From NCBI GenBank assembly GCA_963677895.2, contig CAXXGJ010000037.1:1-10390 (forward strand): a DNA stretch of 10,390 nucleotides, read 5' to 3'. Positions 1 through 8,012 of this stretch are shown in pieces. The position numbers and the translations under genes were made by a program. The notes under the pieces were generated by a model. It saw only the letters and a program-made list of their open reading frames with translations, did no database searches and was not told the DNA's origin. Each line of letters begins with the position of its first letter. The stretch's first letter is position 1. This DNA is from Treponemataceae bacterium (GTDB taxonomy: Bacteria; Spirochaetota; Spirochaetia; Treponematales; Rectinemataceae).

Positions 1-2
1 CG

Positions 3-365
3 GTGCACCTGGCCAAGGCTACGGGCAAGTTCGCGGGCGAACCCAAGTCGCGCATGATCGAACGCCTGGCCCACATGGCGGAGATCGACGGAACCATGAT
101 GCGGGACACGGCCAAGGCCTTCTGCGACCGCTCGGTCGAACTGGCGTTGAGCGCGGCCGCGATGGATGATATCGTGGATGGCGAGCACAAGGCCCTGATC
201 AACGATGTGCTCGCCATGATGCGCGAAAGGCCGGAAGAGGCCGAGAGGGCGGCCAAGCTCCTCACCACCTCGGGCTACCTCGAGCGGTTGGGCGACCACA
301 TGACCAACGCATGCGAGGATATCGTCTTCATGGTGAAGGGCACGCGTGTGGATCTGAATGAATGA
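3..365 (+). CDS. phoU: Phosphate signalling complex protein PhoU, C-terminal part (5' end outside window)
   Basis: Open frame from the window edge to TGA 363-365. It contains the second PhoU repeat (MDDIVDG...YLERLGDHMTNACEDIVFMVKG) and lies directly upstream of a PhoB/PhoR-like pair. Confidence 0.92.
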   Translation: MHLAKATGKFAGEPKSRMIERLAHMAEIDGTMMRDTAKAFCDRSVELALSAAAMDDIVDGEHKALINDVLAMMRERPEEAERAAKLLTTSGYLERLGDHMTNACEDIVFMVKGTRVDLNE

Positions 366-378
366 GGAGGGAAGCGGA

Positions 379-1071
379 ATGGATGGTCCGACAATTCTGA
401 TCGTGGAAGACGATCCGGATATCGCGGAGCTTCTCGCTGTCTCCTTCCGCAAGGAAGGCTGGCTGAGTCTCCACGCCGAAAACGGCGAAAAAGCCCTCGC
501 CCTCATGGCGGAGAACGATTTCAGCCTCTGCGTCCTCGACCTGATGCTCCCCGGCATGGACGGCCTCGCCGTCCTGCGCGCGCTGCGTTCGCGGCCGAAG
601 AGCTCCGTACTCCCCGTCATCATCGCCTCCGCGCGCGGGGAGGAAGCGGACGTCGTCGTAGGTCTCGACCTCGGCGCCGACGACTACATAGCCAAACCTT
701 TCAGCCCCAAGGTTCTCGTCGCCCGAATCCGTTCGCTTCTCAGGCGCGTCGAAGGCAAGACGGAAAAAAAGAGCGATTCCCTGGAGGTTTCGGGGATAGT
801 CCTCGATCCATTGCGGCATGAGGTATTCTCGAAGGGAAGGCCCATAAATCTCTCCGCCACGGAGTTCGCCTTTCTGGAGCTTCTGATGCGCGAACCTGGA
901 CGAGTGTTCACGAGGGCGCAGGCCATCGCGAAGACGAAAGGCGAGGATTATCCCGTCACCGACCGCTCACTTGACGTTCATATCCTTTCACTGAGGCGGA
1001 AACTGGGCGACGAAGGCGCCTTCATCGAAACGGTGCGGGGCATAGGGTATAGATTCAGGGGCACGCCGTGA
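379..1071 (+). CDS. phoB: OmpR/PhoB-family DNA-binding response regulator (PhoB/PhoP)
   Basis: Receiver motifs ILIVEDD, LDLMLPGMDG (phospho-Asp) and ADDYIAKPFS. Winged-helix C-terminus DRSLDVHILSLRRKL...IETVRGIGYRF. Start placed at ATG 379 rather than 358 because GGAGG (366-370) lies 8 nt upstream. Located between phoU and phoR. Confidence 0.88.
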   Translation: MDGPTILIVEDDPDIAELLAVSFRKEGWLSLHAENGEKALALMAENDFSLCVLDLMLPGMDGLAVLRALRSRPKSSVLPVIIASARGEEADVVVGLDLGADDYIAKPFSPKVLVARIRSLLRRVEGKTEKKSDSLEVSGIVLDPLRHEVFSKGRPINLSATEFAFLELLMREPGRVFTRAQAIAKTKGEDYPVTDRSLDVHILSLRRKLGDEGAFIETVRGIGYRFRGTP

Positions 1072-2906
1072 GACGAAGCCTTTTCGCCAGAAGCCTGGCG
1101 GTTATATCGGCGGCCGTCCTCGCGGTGGCTGTCCTCGTCCTCGCGCTCAGCATAGCTATCTCCGAGAGAGCGTACATCAGGTCGAACGCCGACGGTCTTG
1201 AACGGGCCGCCGCGGCGGCGGCCGCTTTTCTGCCCGAGGACTGGAATTCGACTTCGAATCCCGGCGCGGCCGCCTTTTTCTGCGCCCGTATCGGAGCCGA
1301 ATCGGGCTATAGAGTTACGCTGATCGACGTTTCGGGGAAGGTCGCGGGCGATTCAAGCGCCGATTCCATTTCGATGTCCAACCATTCCGACCGACCCGAA
1401 GTCGCCGGCGCTCTCGCGGGCAAGGCTTCCTGGTCCAGACGTCTCTCGACGACCTTGGGCGAATGGATGCTTTACGCGGCCATTCCGCTGCGCTCTCCGG
1501 ACGGAAAAACCATAACGGGCGCTCTGCGCCTGGCCCTTCCCCTCCCGGGCCTCATGGAAAGCCTCGGCGATGCCCAAAGATCCATGATCCTGGCCGCGCT
1601 CGCCGCCGCCCTCGCCGCCCTCGCCGGGAGCGCGGCCCTGGTGCGCATCCTCGATCGTCCCGTGGTCCTGCTTGCCGACCGAGCCCGGCGTTACGCGAAA
1701 GGCGGCATGGAATCGGATACCGCGGCGGAGACTCGCGCGGCTTCACGGCACGCTTTGCGGCACGATTCCCTGAACGCTTCCCGGCGCGGTCAAGCCGACC
1801 ACATGCCGCGCGAACTGAAGGTTCTGGAAGAATCCCTCGATTCGATGGCCGCCGACCTAAACAAAAGGGCGGCTGAGGCCGAGGCTTTGGGCAAACGCTT
1901 TTCGGCGATTCTCGATTCGGCGGGCGAGGCCATCATGGCGCTCGACGACCGCCTCAAGATCATCGAGGCCAATCCCGCCGCCCACGCGATGCTGGGCGCC
2001 GAGCGGGGAACCCTCCCCGGCCTTCTCCTTTCCCAAATTGCCGGGACCTCGGGCCTCGTGTCGATCGCGAACCGCTGCATCGCTTCGGACAGGGCTGTCG
2101 CCGATGAGGTGAATCTCTATCCCGGAAACGAAAAGATCGTGCAGGTCAACGCGTCGCTACTAGGCGGCGCGGAAAAGCAGGGCATCGTCCTCGCGATCAG
2201 CGATATAAGCGTGATGAAGCGGCTCGAAACCATGCGCACTGATTTCGTCGCGAATGTCTCGCACGAATTGCGCACCCCCATCCACCTCATCAGGGGTTTC
2301 GCGGAAACCCTCCGTTCGGGAGGCCTCGAAAGCGAGGCCTCGGATCGGTACCTCGAGATCATCGAGAGAAACGCGCTTCGCATGGAAAGGATCGTCGAGG
2401 ATCTTCTGTCCCTGGCCAGGCTCGAAAAAGACCCTTCCGAATGGCTCAGCATCGAATCCTGCCTCGTTGAGGACATAGGCGCGGCGGCTTTCGAGAACGT
2501 GAAAGACCAGGCCGAACTGAAGTCCATACGGCTGGAATCCGTCATTCAGAGCGGCCTTCGCCTCATGGCCAATCCAGGCCTCGTCGAACAGGCGCTCACC
2601 AATCTCCTCGAGAACGCCATACGATATTCGCAGCAGGGCTCCATCGTGACGCTAGAAGCGGAAGCCGGGAACGGCATCGTCGAACTGCGCGTCAGGGACA
2701 GAGGATCCGGAATTCCCGCTCCCGACCTGGAACGGATCTTCGAGCGTTTCTACCGCGCCGATAAATCCCGGGACAGGAAATCGGGCGGCACGGGCCTGGG
2801 GCTCGCCATCGTGCGCCATATCGCCATCGCCCATGGCGGTTCGGTGCAGGCGGAAAGCTGGTCGGGAGAAGGTTCGATTTTCACGATCCGGCTGCCCGCG
2901 AAATGA
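1068..2906 (+). CDS. phoR: PhoR-like sensor histidine kinase (2 TM, extracytoplasmic domain, HAMP, PAS, HisKA, HATPase)
   Basis: GTG start overlaps the phoB stop (GTGA, translational coupling). Two hydrophobic TM segments flank a domain with the NHSDRPEV motif. H-box FVANVSHELRTP, N-box LTNLLENAIRYS, G1 DRGSGI, F-box IFERFYRAD, G2 GGTGLGLAIV. Confidence 0.9.
   Translation: MRRSLFARSLAVISAAVLAVAVLVLALSIAISERAYIRSNADGLERAAAAAAAFLPEDWNSTSNPGAAAFFCARIGAESGYRVTLIDVSGKVAGDSSADSISMSNHSDRPEVAGALAGKASWSRRLSTTLGEWMLYAAIPLRSPDGKTITGALRLALPLPGLMESLGDAQRSMILAALAAALAALAGSAALVRILDRPVVLLADRARRYAKGGMESDTAAETRAASRHALRHDSLNASRRGQADHMPRELKVLEESLDSMAADLNKRAAEAEALGKRFSAILDSAGEAIMALDDRLKIIEANPAAHAMLGAERGTLPGLLLSQIAGTSGLVSIANRCIASDRAVADEVNLYPGNEKIVQVNASLLGGAEKQGIVLAISDISVMKRLETMRTDFVANVSHELRTPIHLIRGFAETLRSGGLESEASDRYLEIIERNALRMERIVEDLLSLARLEKDPSEWLSIESCLVEDIGAAAFENVKDQAELKSIRLESVIQSGLRLMANPGLVEQALTNLLENAIRYSQQGSIVTLEAEAGNGIVELRVRDRGSGIPAPDLERIFERFYRADKSRDRKSGGTGLGLAIVRHIAIAHGGSVQAESWSGEGSIFTIRLPAK
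1740..1787 (+). repeat. Four degenerate in-frame 12-nt tandem repeats inside the phoR HAMP connector
   Basis: gcttcacggcac / gctttgcggcac / gattccctgaac / gcttcccggcgc, encoding ASRH-ALRH-DSLN-ASRR. Confidence 0.6.
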
Positions 2907-2944
2907 CAGCCCGCTGGCGATCGATGTATTCCAGCCAGCCCGGC

Positions 2945-2973
2945 TTTTCTCCCTTCGCATACAATGATACATT
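2945..2973 (+). promoter_or_regulatory. Putative sigma70 promoter for the riboswitch-pruA transcript
   Basis: Extended -10 TG-A-TACATT (2965-2973) with a weak -35 TTTTCT (2945-2950, 17-nt spacer). The predicted +1 near 2980 coincides with the 5' strand of the riboswitch P1. Confidence 0.35.
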
Positions 2974-2978
2974 TCCCT

Positions 2979-3101
2979 TGATGCTCTGAAGCTTATTCCA
3001 CCTAAGGACCCTTCCTTCCACAGGATCGGCTCTATGGGGATAAGCCAATGGGTTCGTCCCGAAAGAGGCGGATCTCCCATGCTTGGAAAGGAGGCTCATC
3101 A
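2979..3101 (+). ncRNA. Moco/Wco (molybdenum/tungsten cofactor) riboswitch-like leader, P3-less form
   Basis: P1: tgatg+ctct (2979-2987) pairs with ggag (3090-3093) and catca (3097-3101). P2: cttattc (2992-2998) pairs with ggataag (3038-3044) and carries the canonical tetraloop receptor CCTAAG (3001-3006)/TATGG (3033-3037). P4: ccaa+tggg (3045-3052) pairs with ccca (3076-3079)+ttgg (3083-3086). P5 is capped by a c-GAAA-g tetraloop (3061-3064). The 3' end CTCCC...TGGAAAGGAG is typical of the Moco RNA motif. Recognised by eye, not by a covariance-model search. Confidence 0.78.
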
Positions 3102-4771
3102 TGCAGGACGGGATTTTTTCTTCACCCTTTCCGCACAACGAACACGTCTACAATTACGCGCCAGATTGTCTCGAAACGGGAGCGCTCGCCCTCGAGCTTT
3201 CGCGCCAGGGATCCAGCACTATCGAGATACCGCTCATAATCGGGGGCGAAGAAATTCGCACTGGGCTCATGGGAGAGATACGTTCGCCCCACAACCATAA
3301 GGCCTTGCTGGCGACCTATCACAAGGCGAATCCCGCGATGGTGGACATGGCGGCCGAAAAAGCGGTCGAAGCCCGGGCCGAATGGAAGAGCATGCCCTGG
3401 CAGGCCAGAGCCGCGATCTTTCTCAAGGCGGCCGATCTTCTGTCCACGCGGTTCCGCCAGAAGCTGAACGCCGCGACAATGCTGGGACAGAGCAAGAACG
3501 TCTATCAGGCGGAAATCGACTCGGCCTGCGAACTGATCGATTTCTTCCGCTTCAATGTTCATTATGCCCGGCAAATCTATGCCATGCAGCCCGAGCATAA
3601 CGGAGAGAGAACATGGAACAGGCTGGAGTACAGGCCCCTCGAGGGCTTTGTCTTCGCCGTGACACCTTTCAACTTCACGTCTATCTGCGGGAATTTGCCG
3701 ACGGCTCCCGCCATAATGGGCAACACGGTCGTCTGGAAGCCGGCAAGCTCCGCGGTGCTCTCCAATTACTATGTAATGGAGCTGCTGAAGGAGGCCGGTC
3801 TGCCCCCCGGGGTGATCAATTTCGTTCCAGGCGACGGGGCTAGCGTCGGCGGGCCAGCCATCGCCAGCAGGCATTTCGCGGGGCTGCACTTCACGGGCTC
3901 CACCTCCACCTTCAACGCGATGTGGGTCGACATAGCGAAAAACCTCGCTGCGAATCGATATAAAGTATACCCCCGCATCGTCGGGGAGACGGGCGGCAAG
4001 AATTTTCTAATCGCCCACGAGGACTGCGATGTCCAGGCTCTGGCGGTGGCGCTGTTCCGTGGCGCGTTCGAGTACCAGGGGCAGAAATGCTCGGCCACGA
4101 GCCGCGCCTATATACCCCGCTCCATCTGGCCAAAGGTCCGGGACAAGCTCGTCGAATTCGCCGAGGCCGCCGCCATGGGCGATGTCGCGGACTTTTCCAC
4201 CTTCATGGGGGCGGTCATCGACAAAAAGGCCTTCAGGAACATCGCTTCCTACATCGACTATGCCAGGGCCAAGCCCGAAGAATACAAATTCCTCGTTGGC
4301 GGCGACTGCGACGACAGCGAAGGCTGGTTCATACCGGCGACCATCATCGAGACAAACAATCCGGCAGGCAAGCTCATGACGGAGGAGATTTTCGGCCCGA
4401 TCCTTACGGTTTACGTCTACGACGGCGACAAGCTCGACGAAACGCTGGCCTTGGTGGACGCCACAAGCCCCTTCGCTCTTACGGGGTCGATATTCGCTAA
4501 CGACAGGAAGGTGATCGAAAAAATGTCGGATGCCCTCTCCGACTGCGCCGGCAACTTCTATATCAACGACAAGTCGACGGGGGCTGTCGTCGGCCAGCAG
4601 CCTTTCGGCGGGGCGAGGGCCTCGGGCACCAACGACAAGGCGGGAAGCGTCTTCAATCTCCTACGCTGGACTTCGGTGAGGACCATCAAGGAAACCTTCC
4701 TGCCGTCTGAGACCTGGGATTACCCACACCAGAGACAGTCGGGATACCGGGAACCCGAGAATATCCGCTGA
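3101..4771 (+). CDS. pruA: L-glutamate gamma-semialdehyde (delta-1-pyrroline-5-carboxylate) dehydrogenase, ALDH4/PruA type
   Basis: ATG 3101 follows AAGGAGG (3088-3094). Family motifs AATMLGQSKNVYQAEIDSACELIDF, RPLEGFV..TPFNFT, FTGST, catalytic ETGGK and FEYQGQKCSA, EEIFGP, and GAVVGQQPFGGARASGTNDKAG. Confidence 0.95.
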   Translation: MQDGIFSSPFPHNEHVYNYAPDCLETGALALELSRQGSSTIEIPLIIGGEEIRTGLMGEIRSPHNHKALLATYHKANPAMVDMAAEKAVEARAEWKSMPWQARAAIFLKAADLLSTRFRQKLNAATMLGQSKNVYQAEIDSACELIDFFRFNVHYARQIYAMQPEHNGERTWNRLEYRPLEGFVFAVTPFNFTSICGNLPTAPAIMGNTVVWKPASSAVLSNYYVMELLKEAGLPPGVINFVPGDGASVGGPAIASRHFAGLHFTGSTSTFNAMWVDIAKNLAANRYKVYPRIVGETGGKNFLIAHEDCDVQALAVALFRGAFEYQGQKCSATSRAYIPRSIWPKVRDKLVEFAEAAAMGDVADFSTFMGAVIDKKAFRNIASYIDYARAKPEEYKFLVGGDCDDSEGWFIPATIIETNNPAGKLMTEEIFGPILTVYVYDGDKLDETLALVDATSPFALTGSIFANDRKVIEKMSDALSDCAGNFYINDKSTGAVVGQQPFGGARASGTNDKAGSVFNLLRWTSVRTIKETFLPSETWDYPHQRQSGYREPENIR

Positions 4772-4791
4772 CAGAGAAAACGCGAAGGCAT

Positions 4792-4830
4792 AAAAAAGGG
4801 GTGACCCGCGAATATATCGCGGGTCGCCCC
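4792..4830 (-). terminator. Rho-independent terminator between convergent pruA and TAXI genes (probably bidirectional)
   Basis: 14-bp stem ggggtgacccgcga (4798-4811) / tcgcgggtcgcccc (4817-4830) with one non-Watson-Crick position and a 5-nt loop. A6 at 4792-4797 gives a U6 tail on the - strand. Confidence 0.85.
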
Positions 4831-4859
4831 AATCAGTGATTTCTATCGATCGTCAGGGC

Positions 4860-5831
4860 TTATTTGAGCCAGCCCTGCTCGACAAAGTACTTCCTGGCGC
4901 CGGGATGATAGGGAATGAGCATCTGGTCATCCGGCAGCACGAGGTCCTTGGTGAACTGCTTGAGAAGCGCCGCGACATTCTGGATGGTGGGCAGGTTCTC
5001 GTAAAGCGTCTTCGTCATTTTGTAGACAAGGTCAGCGTCCATTTCGGCGCGGCACATGATGACGTCGGGGGGCGTTCCAACCGTGGGGACAGCCGCCGTC
5101 TGGTTGGGATAGGTATTGGCGGGTATGTTGCGGCGGGTATATGCCACATTGACCTTCTTCAAGTTGGCGAGAGCCGCGTCGGTTATCGGCACGAGCTGAA
5201 CCTTGCCGTCAAGAAGAAGTTCGGTCATGCCGGCCGCGCCCATAGCCAGACCGAGGATTCCGCCATCGGCGAGACCATCCTGCATCATCTCGATACCCTG
5301 GGTGTATTCGACGAAACTGGCCTTCACGTCCTTATAGGTCAAGCCGTAAGCAGCGAGCGTCTCGCGTGCGTCGACTTCACCGCCGGATCCTACTGGGCCA
5401 ACAACGATGCGCTTGCCTTTAAAATCAGCGACGGACTTAATGCCGCTCGATTTCGAGGCAACGACCTGGAAAACGTCCATGAAGAGTCCGCCGGTCATGG
5501 CGCGAATCCAGGGCATCTTTTCGGGGTAGGGGGCAATCCCGTTGGTGGCGCGATAGGCTTCGAGCGAACGAACCTGGGCGATATCCGCATCCTTGGTCCT
5601 CAGCAAGTCTATATTGTGGGGACTTCCGCCCGTCGCGATGGCGACAGCCTTGATGCCGGTGATGTTCTGGTTCCATAGCGTGCACATGGCGATGCCGACG
5701 GGATAGTTGGTCCCGCTTACGCCGGCCGTACCCATGGTGAGCTGCAGGATGGGGGCGGCGAAAAGACCCGATCCACCGAGAACCAGGGCGATCATCATGA
5801 CGAAGAGCGCTTTGCTTCCAGTTTTCTTCAT
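4860..5831 (-). CDS. TAXI-family TRAP transporter solute-binding subunit
   Basis: AAGGAGG RBS (5846-5840). Signal peptide MKK...GLFA. TAXI-like motifs GTAGVSGTNYPVG, TGGSPHNI, DFKGKRIVVGPVGSG, IPANTYPNQ, DLVYKMTK and PYHPGARKYF. Confidence 0.92.
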   Translation of the reverse strand: MKKTGSKALFVMMIALVLGGSGLFAAPILQLTMGTAGVSGTNYPVGIAMCTLWNQNITGIKAVAIATGGSPHNIDLLRTKDADIAQVRSLEAYRATNGIAPYPEKMPWIRAMTGGLFMDVFQVVASKSSGIKSVADFKGKRIVVGPVGSGGEVDARETLAAYGLTYKDVKASFVEYTQGIEMMQDGLADGGILGLAMGAAGMTELLLDGKVQLVPITDAALANLKKVNVAYTRRNIPANTYPNQTAAVPTVGTPPDVIMCRAEMDADLVYKMTKTLYENLPTIQNVAALLKQFTKDLVLPDDQMLIPYHPGARKYFVEQGWLK

Positions 5832-5904
5832 TGTAGAAACCTCCTTCTACGCAAGTTGCTACATTAACATACATTGCCGGGACTAAGCCCGGCAGCAGTC
5901 CAAA

Positions 5905-7866
5905 TTAAGCGGCCGCGACAGCCCTATTTCTCTTTATCAGCTGGATACTAAGCCAACCCAAGCCCGCAAGGCCCAGACCAATCAAGTCGGTGACAGTACC
6001 GGGCGCCATCAAGAGGATAGCGGCCACAAAGAACACGGGCCTCAGCCATATCGGCAATTTGATGGTCAGATAGCCTTCAACGGCCACTGCCAGAAGAGCC
6101 GTACCCGCCAGGCCGGTTATAGCCGCAAAGATTACCTGCGTGGCCGAATCGGCGATCAGGAGCATGGCCGGGGAATAGATGAAGAAGAAAGGAACGATGA
6201 AGCCAGCGAGGGCCAGCTTGAAGGCAGTCCAGCCAACCTGGCTCGACTTCGCGCCGGCGAGACCGGCGCCGACATAGGCGGCAAGGGCTACGGGGGGCGT
6301 GATCGTGGAGAGGCAGGCGTAATAGAAGATGAAGAAATGAGCCTGGAAGGGAGCGACGCCCATTTTGGTGAGTATGGGAACGGCAATCGACGCCGCTATG
6401 ACGTAGCAGGCGCTCGTGGGAAGCCCCATTCCGAGGATGATGCAGACAATCATGCAGAGCACGAGCGCTATGATCAGCCTGCCCTGAGAGAGGAGCACGA
6501 TGTTGTCGGCAAGAATCGCCCCGATTCCGGTCATCGCCAATACGGCGATGATGAATCCCGCGTTGGCCATCGCTACGCCGATGCTTAAGGAGCTGCGCGA
6601 AGCGGCTACCGCGATGTCCTTCGCGGCCTTGAGGTCGATCCTGGTCTCCTTGCGGACCCAGGAGAGTATGACAGTGAAGAGTACGGTGTAGAAAGCGGCG
6701 AATAAGGGAGTCTTACCGCTGGTCATCAAGTAGACGAGGACGATGATCGGGAAAATCATATGGCCATAGCGGAATACCGTTGCTTTGACATCGGGCAATT
6801 CGCTTTTATCCAAACCTTTGAGTCCCATGGATCTCGCCCTGAGGTCTATCTGGAAGAAGACGCTGGCAAAGTAGAGAAGCGAAGGAATTATGGCCGCTGC
6901 CGCCACGTCGATGTACTTCATCCCGAGGAATTCGGCCATGATGAAGGCAGCCGATCCCATGATCGGCGGCATGATCTGTCCGCCAGTCGAGGCGGCGGCT
7001 TCAACCGCGCCCGCGAAATGCGGTTTATACCCGACCTTCTTCATGAGAGGAATGGTGAAGGCGCCCGTCGTCGCGACATTCGATGCCGCGCTGCCTGAAA
7101 TCGTCCCGATGAGGGCCGAGGCGACAACAGCGACTTTGGCTGGGCCTCCGACCATCTTGCCGCCGAGCCCGAGGGCGACATCGTTGAAGAGCTTGCCTAA
7201 GCCGCTTCTCTCAAGCGTCGCGGCCAGGATGACGAATATGATGAGGAATGTCGAGGATACTTCGATCGGTATGCCGAAAATACCCTGCGTCGTAAGATAC
7301 ATCTGATAGATGATTCGCTGGATCGTATACCCTCTGTGCGAAAAAACGCCGGGGATGTACTTCCCTGCATAGGCATACAGGAGGAAAATGAGGCCGAGAG
7401 CCAACAGCTGCCAGCCAACGGATCGTCTGCAAGCTTCCAGTATCAGCAGGATCAGGATGCCACCCGCTATGTAATTATCCAGTGTCGCGACGCCTGCCCT
7501 TATGAGGAAAGCGTCTCGCGCCAGTATGGTGTAGATAATCACCGCTAAAGACAGAAAAACTAAGCCCAAATCGACAAAACTCGGCCTGTCTTTCGGCGAT
7601 TTTGTCGTCGCGGGGAAATAGAGCCACACGAGCAGGAGAATGAATCCTACATGGATCGCTCTGTGCTTGATCGTTTCAGGCATTCCGAAACGCGCCGTAT
7701 AAAGATGATAGGAGATGAAAAGAATAGAGATGACAGTGACGACAATCTTCCATGCAGGAAGGAAGTTTCTTCTGTACCTCGATTCTACTTCAGCCTTCTG
7801 CATAATCTTGTCGACATCGGCCGGCGCCGCGCCTTGAGGCATCGTCGCCGCATTTTCCTTTTTCAC
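5905..7866 (-). CDS. TRAP transporter fused 4TM/12TM permease (TAXI-associated DctQM fusion)
   Basis: GTG start with GAGG upstream. Highly hydrophobic 653 aa. Motifs GGPAKVAVVASALIGTISGS, TTGAFTIPLMKKVGY...EAAASTGGQIMPPIMG, LGMGLPT and ITPPVALAAY. Confidence 0.95.
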   Translation of the reverse strand: MKKENAATMPQGAAPADVDKIMQKAEVESRYRRNFLPAWKIVVTVISILFISYHLYTARFGMPETIKHRAIHVGFILLLVWLYFPATTKSPKDRPSFVDLGLVFLSLAVIIYTILARDAFLIRAGVATLDNYIAGGILILLILEACRRSVGWQLLALGLIFLLYAYAGKYIPGVFSHRGYTIQRIIYQMYLTTQGIFGIPIEVSSTFLIIFVILAATLERSGLGKLFNDVALGLGGKMVGGPAKVAVVASALIGTISGSAASNVATTGAFTIPLMKKVGYKPHFAGAVEAAASTGGQIMPPIMGSAAFIMAEFLGMKYIDVAAAAIIPSLLYFASVFFQIDLRARSMGLKGLDKSELPDVKATVFRYGHMIFPIIVLVYLMTSGKTPLFAAFYTVLFTVILSWVRKETRIDLKAAKDIAVAASRSSLSIGVAMANAGFIIAVLAMTGIGAILADNIVLLSQGRLIIALVLCMIVCIILGMGLPTSACYVIAASIAVPILTKMGVAPFQAHFFIFYYACLSTITPPVALAAYVGAGLAGAKSSQVGWTAFKLALAGFIVPFFFIYSPAMLLIADSATQVIFAAITGLAGTALLAVAVEGYLTIKLPIWLRPVFFVAAILLMAPGTVTDLIGLGLAGLGWLSIQLIKRNRAVAAA

Positions 7867-7954
7867 ACCACACCTCGCTTACTATGTTTTAGGGTTCAAG
7901 GGCTATGAACAGATGCCCATAGCTTGCCTTGACTTTTCTCTCACATATTTCAAA

Positions 7955-8012
7955 GATATAATATCCTATATCCTATATCATAAATAATATCATGAGTTCA
8001 TCTATCACGCAA
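7955..8012 (-). promoter_or_regulatory. Putative sigma70 promoter and GATATA-heptad operator of the TRAP operon
   Basis: On the - strand, TTGCGT (8012-8007), an 18-nt spacer, then TATATT (7988-7983). This is followed by gatatag-gatatag-gatatta heptads and the palindrome GATAT-A-ATATC (7955-7965). The segment 7995-7961 is 29/35 identical to 8970-9004. Confidence 0.65.

Noticed and set aside
358..378. Upstream ATG start for phoB given by the ORF track
   Set aside because: The GGAGG RBS lies downstream of it and is correctly spaced for ATG 379.
2913..2950. Possible phoR terminator gctgg...ccagc followed by cttttct
   Set aside because: Only a 5-bp stem with a 13-nt loop, and the U tract is about 9 nt away. 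Too weak to call.
2991..3086. c-di-GMP-I riboswitch as an alternative identity for the tetraloop/receptor RNA
   Set aside because: In c-di-GMP-I the GNRA hairpin precedes the receptor hairpin and a GCAAA-type junction is present. Here the order is reversed and the 3' UGGAAAGGAG end fits the Moco motif.
3083..3100. TTG start for pruA given by the ORF track
   Set aside because: This segment contains the AAGGAGG RBS itself. ATG 3101 is the properly spaced start.
2907..3100. Pho-box control of pruA or of the TRAP module by the adjacent PhoB
   Set aside because: No TGTCA-type 11-bp-period direct repeat was seen in the intergenic regions. The GATATA repeats have a 7-bp period, unlike PhoB sites.
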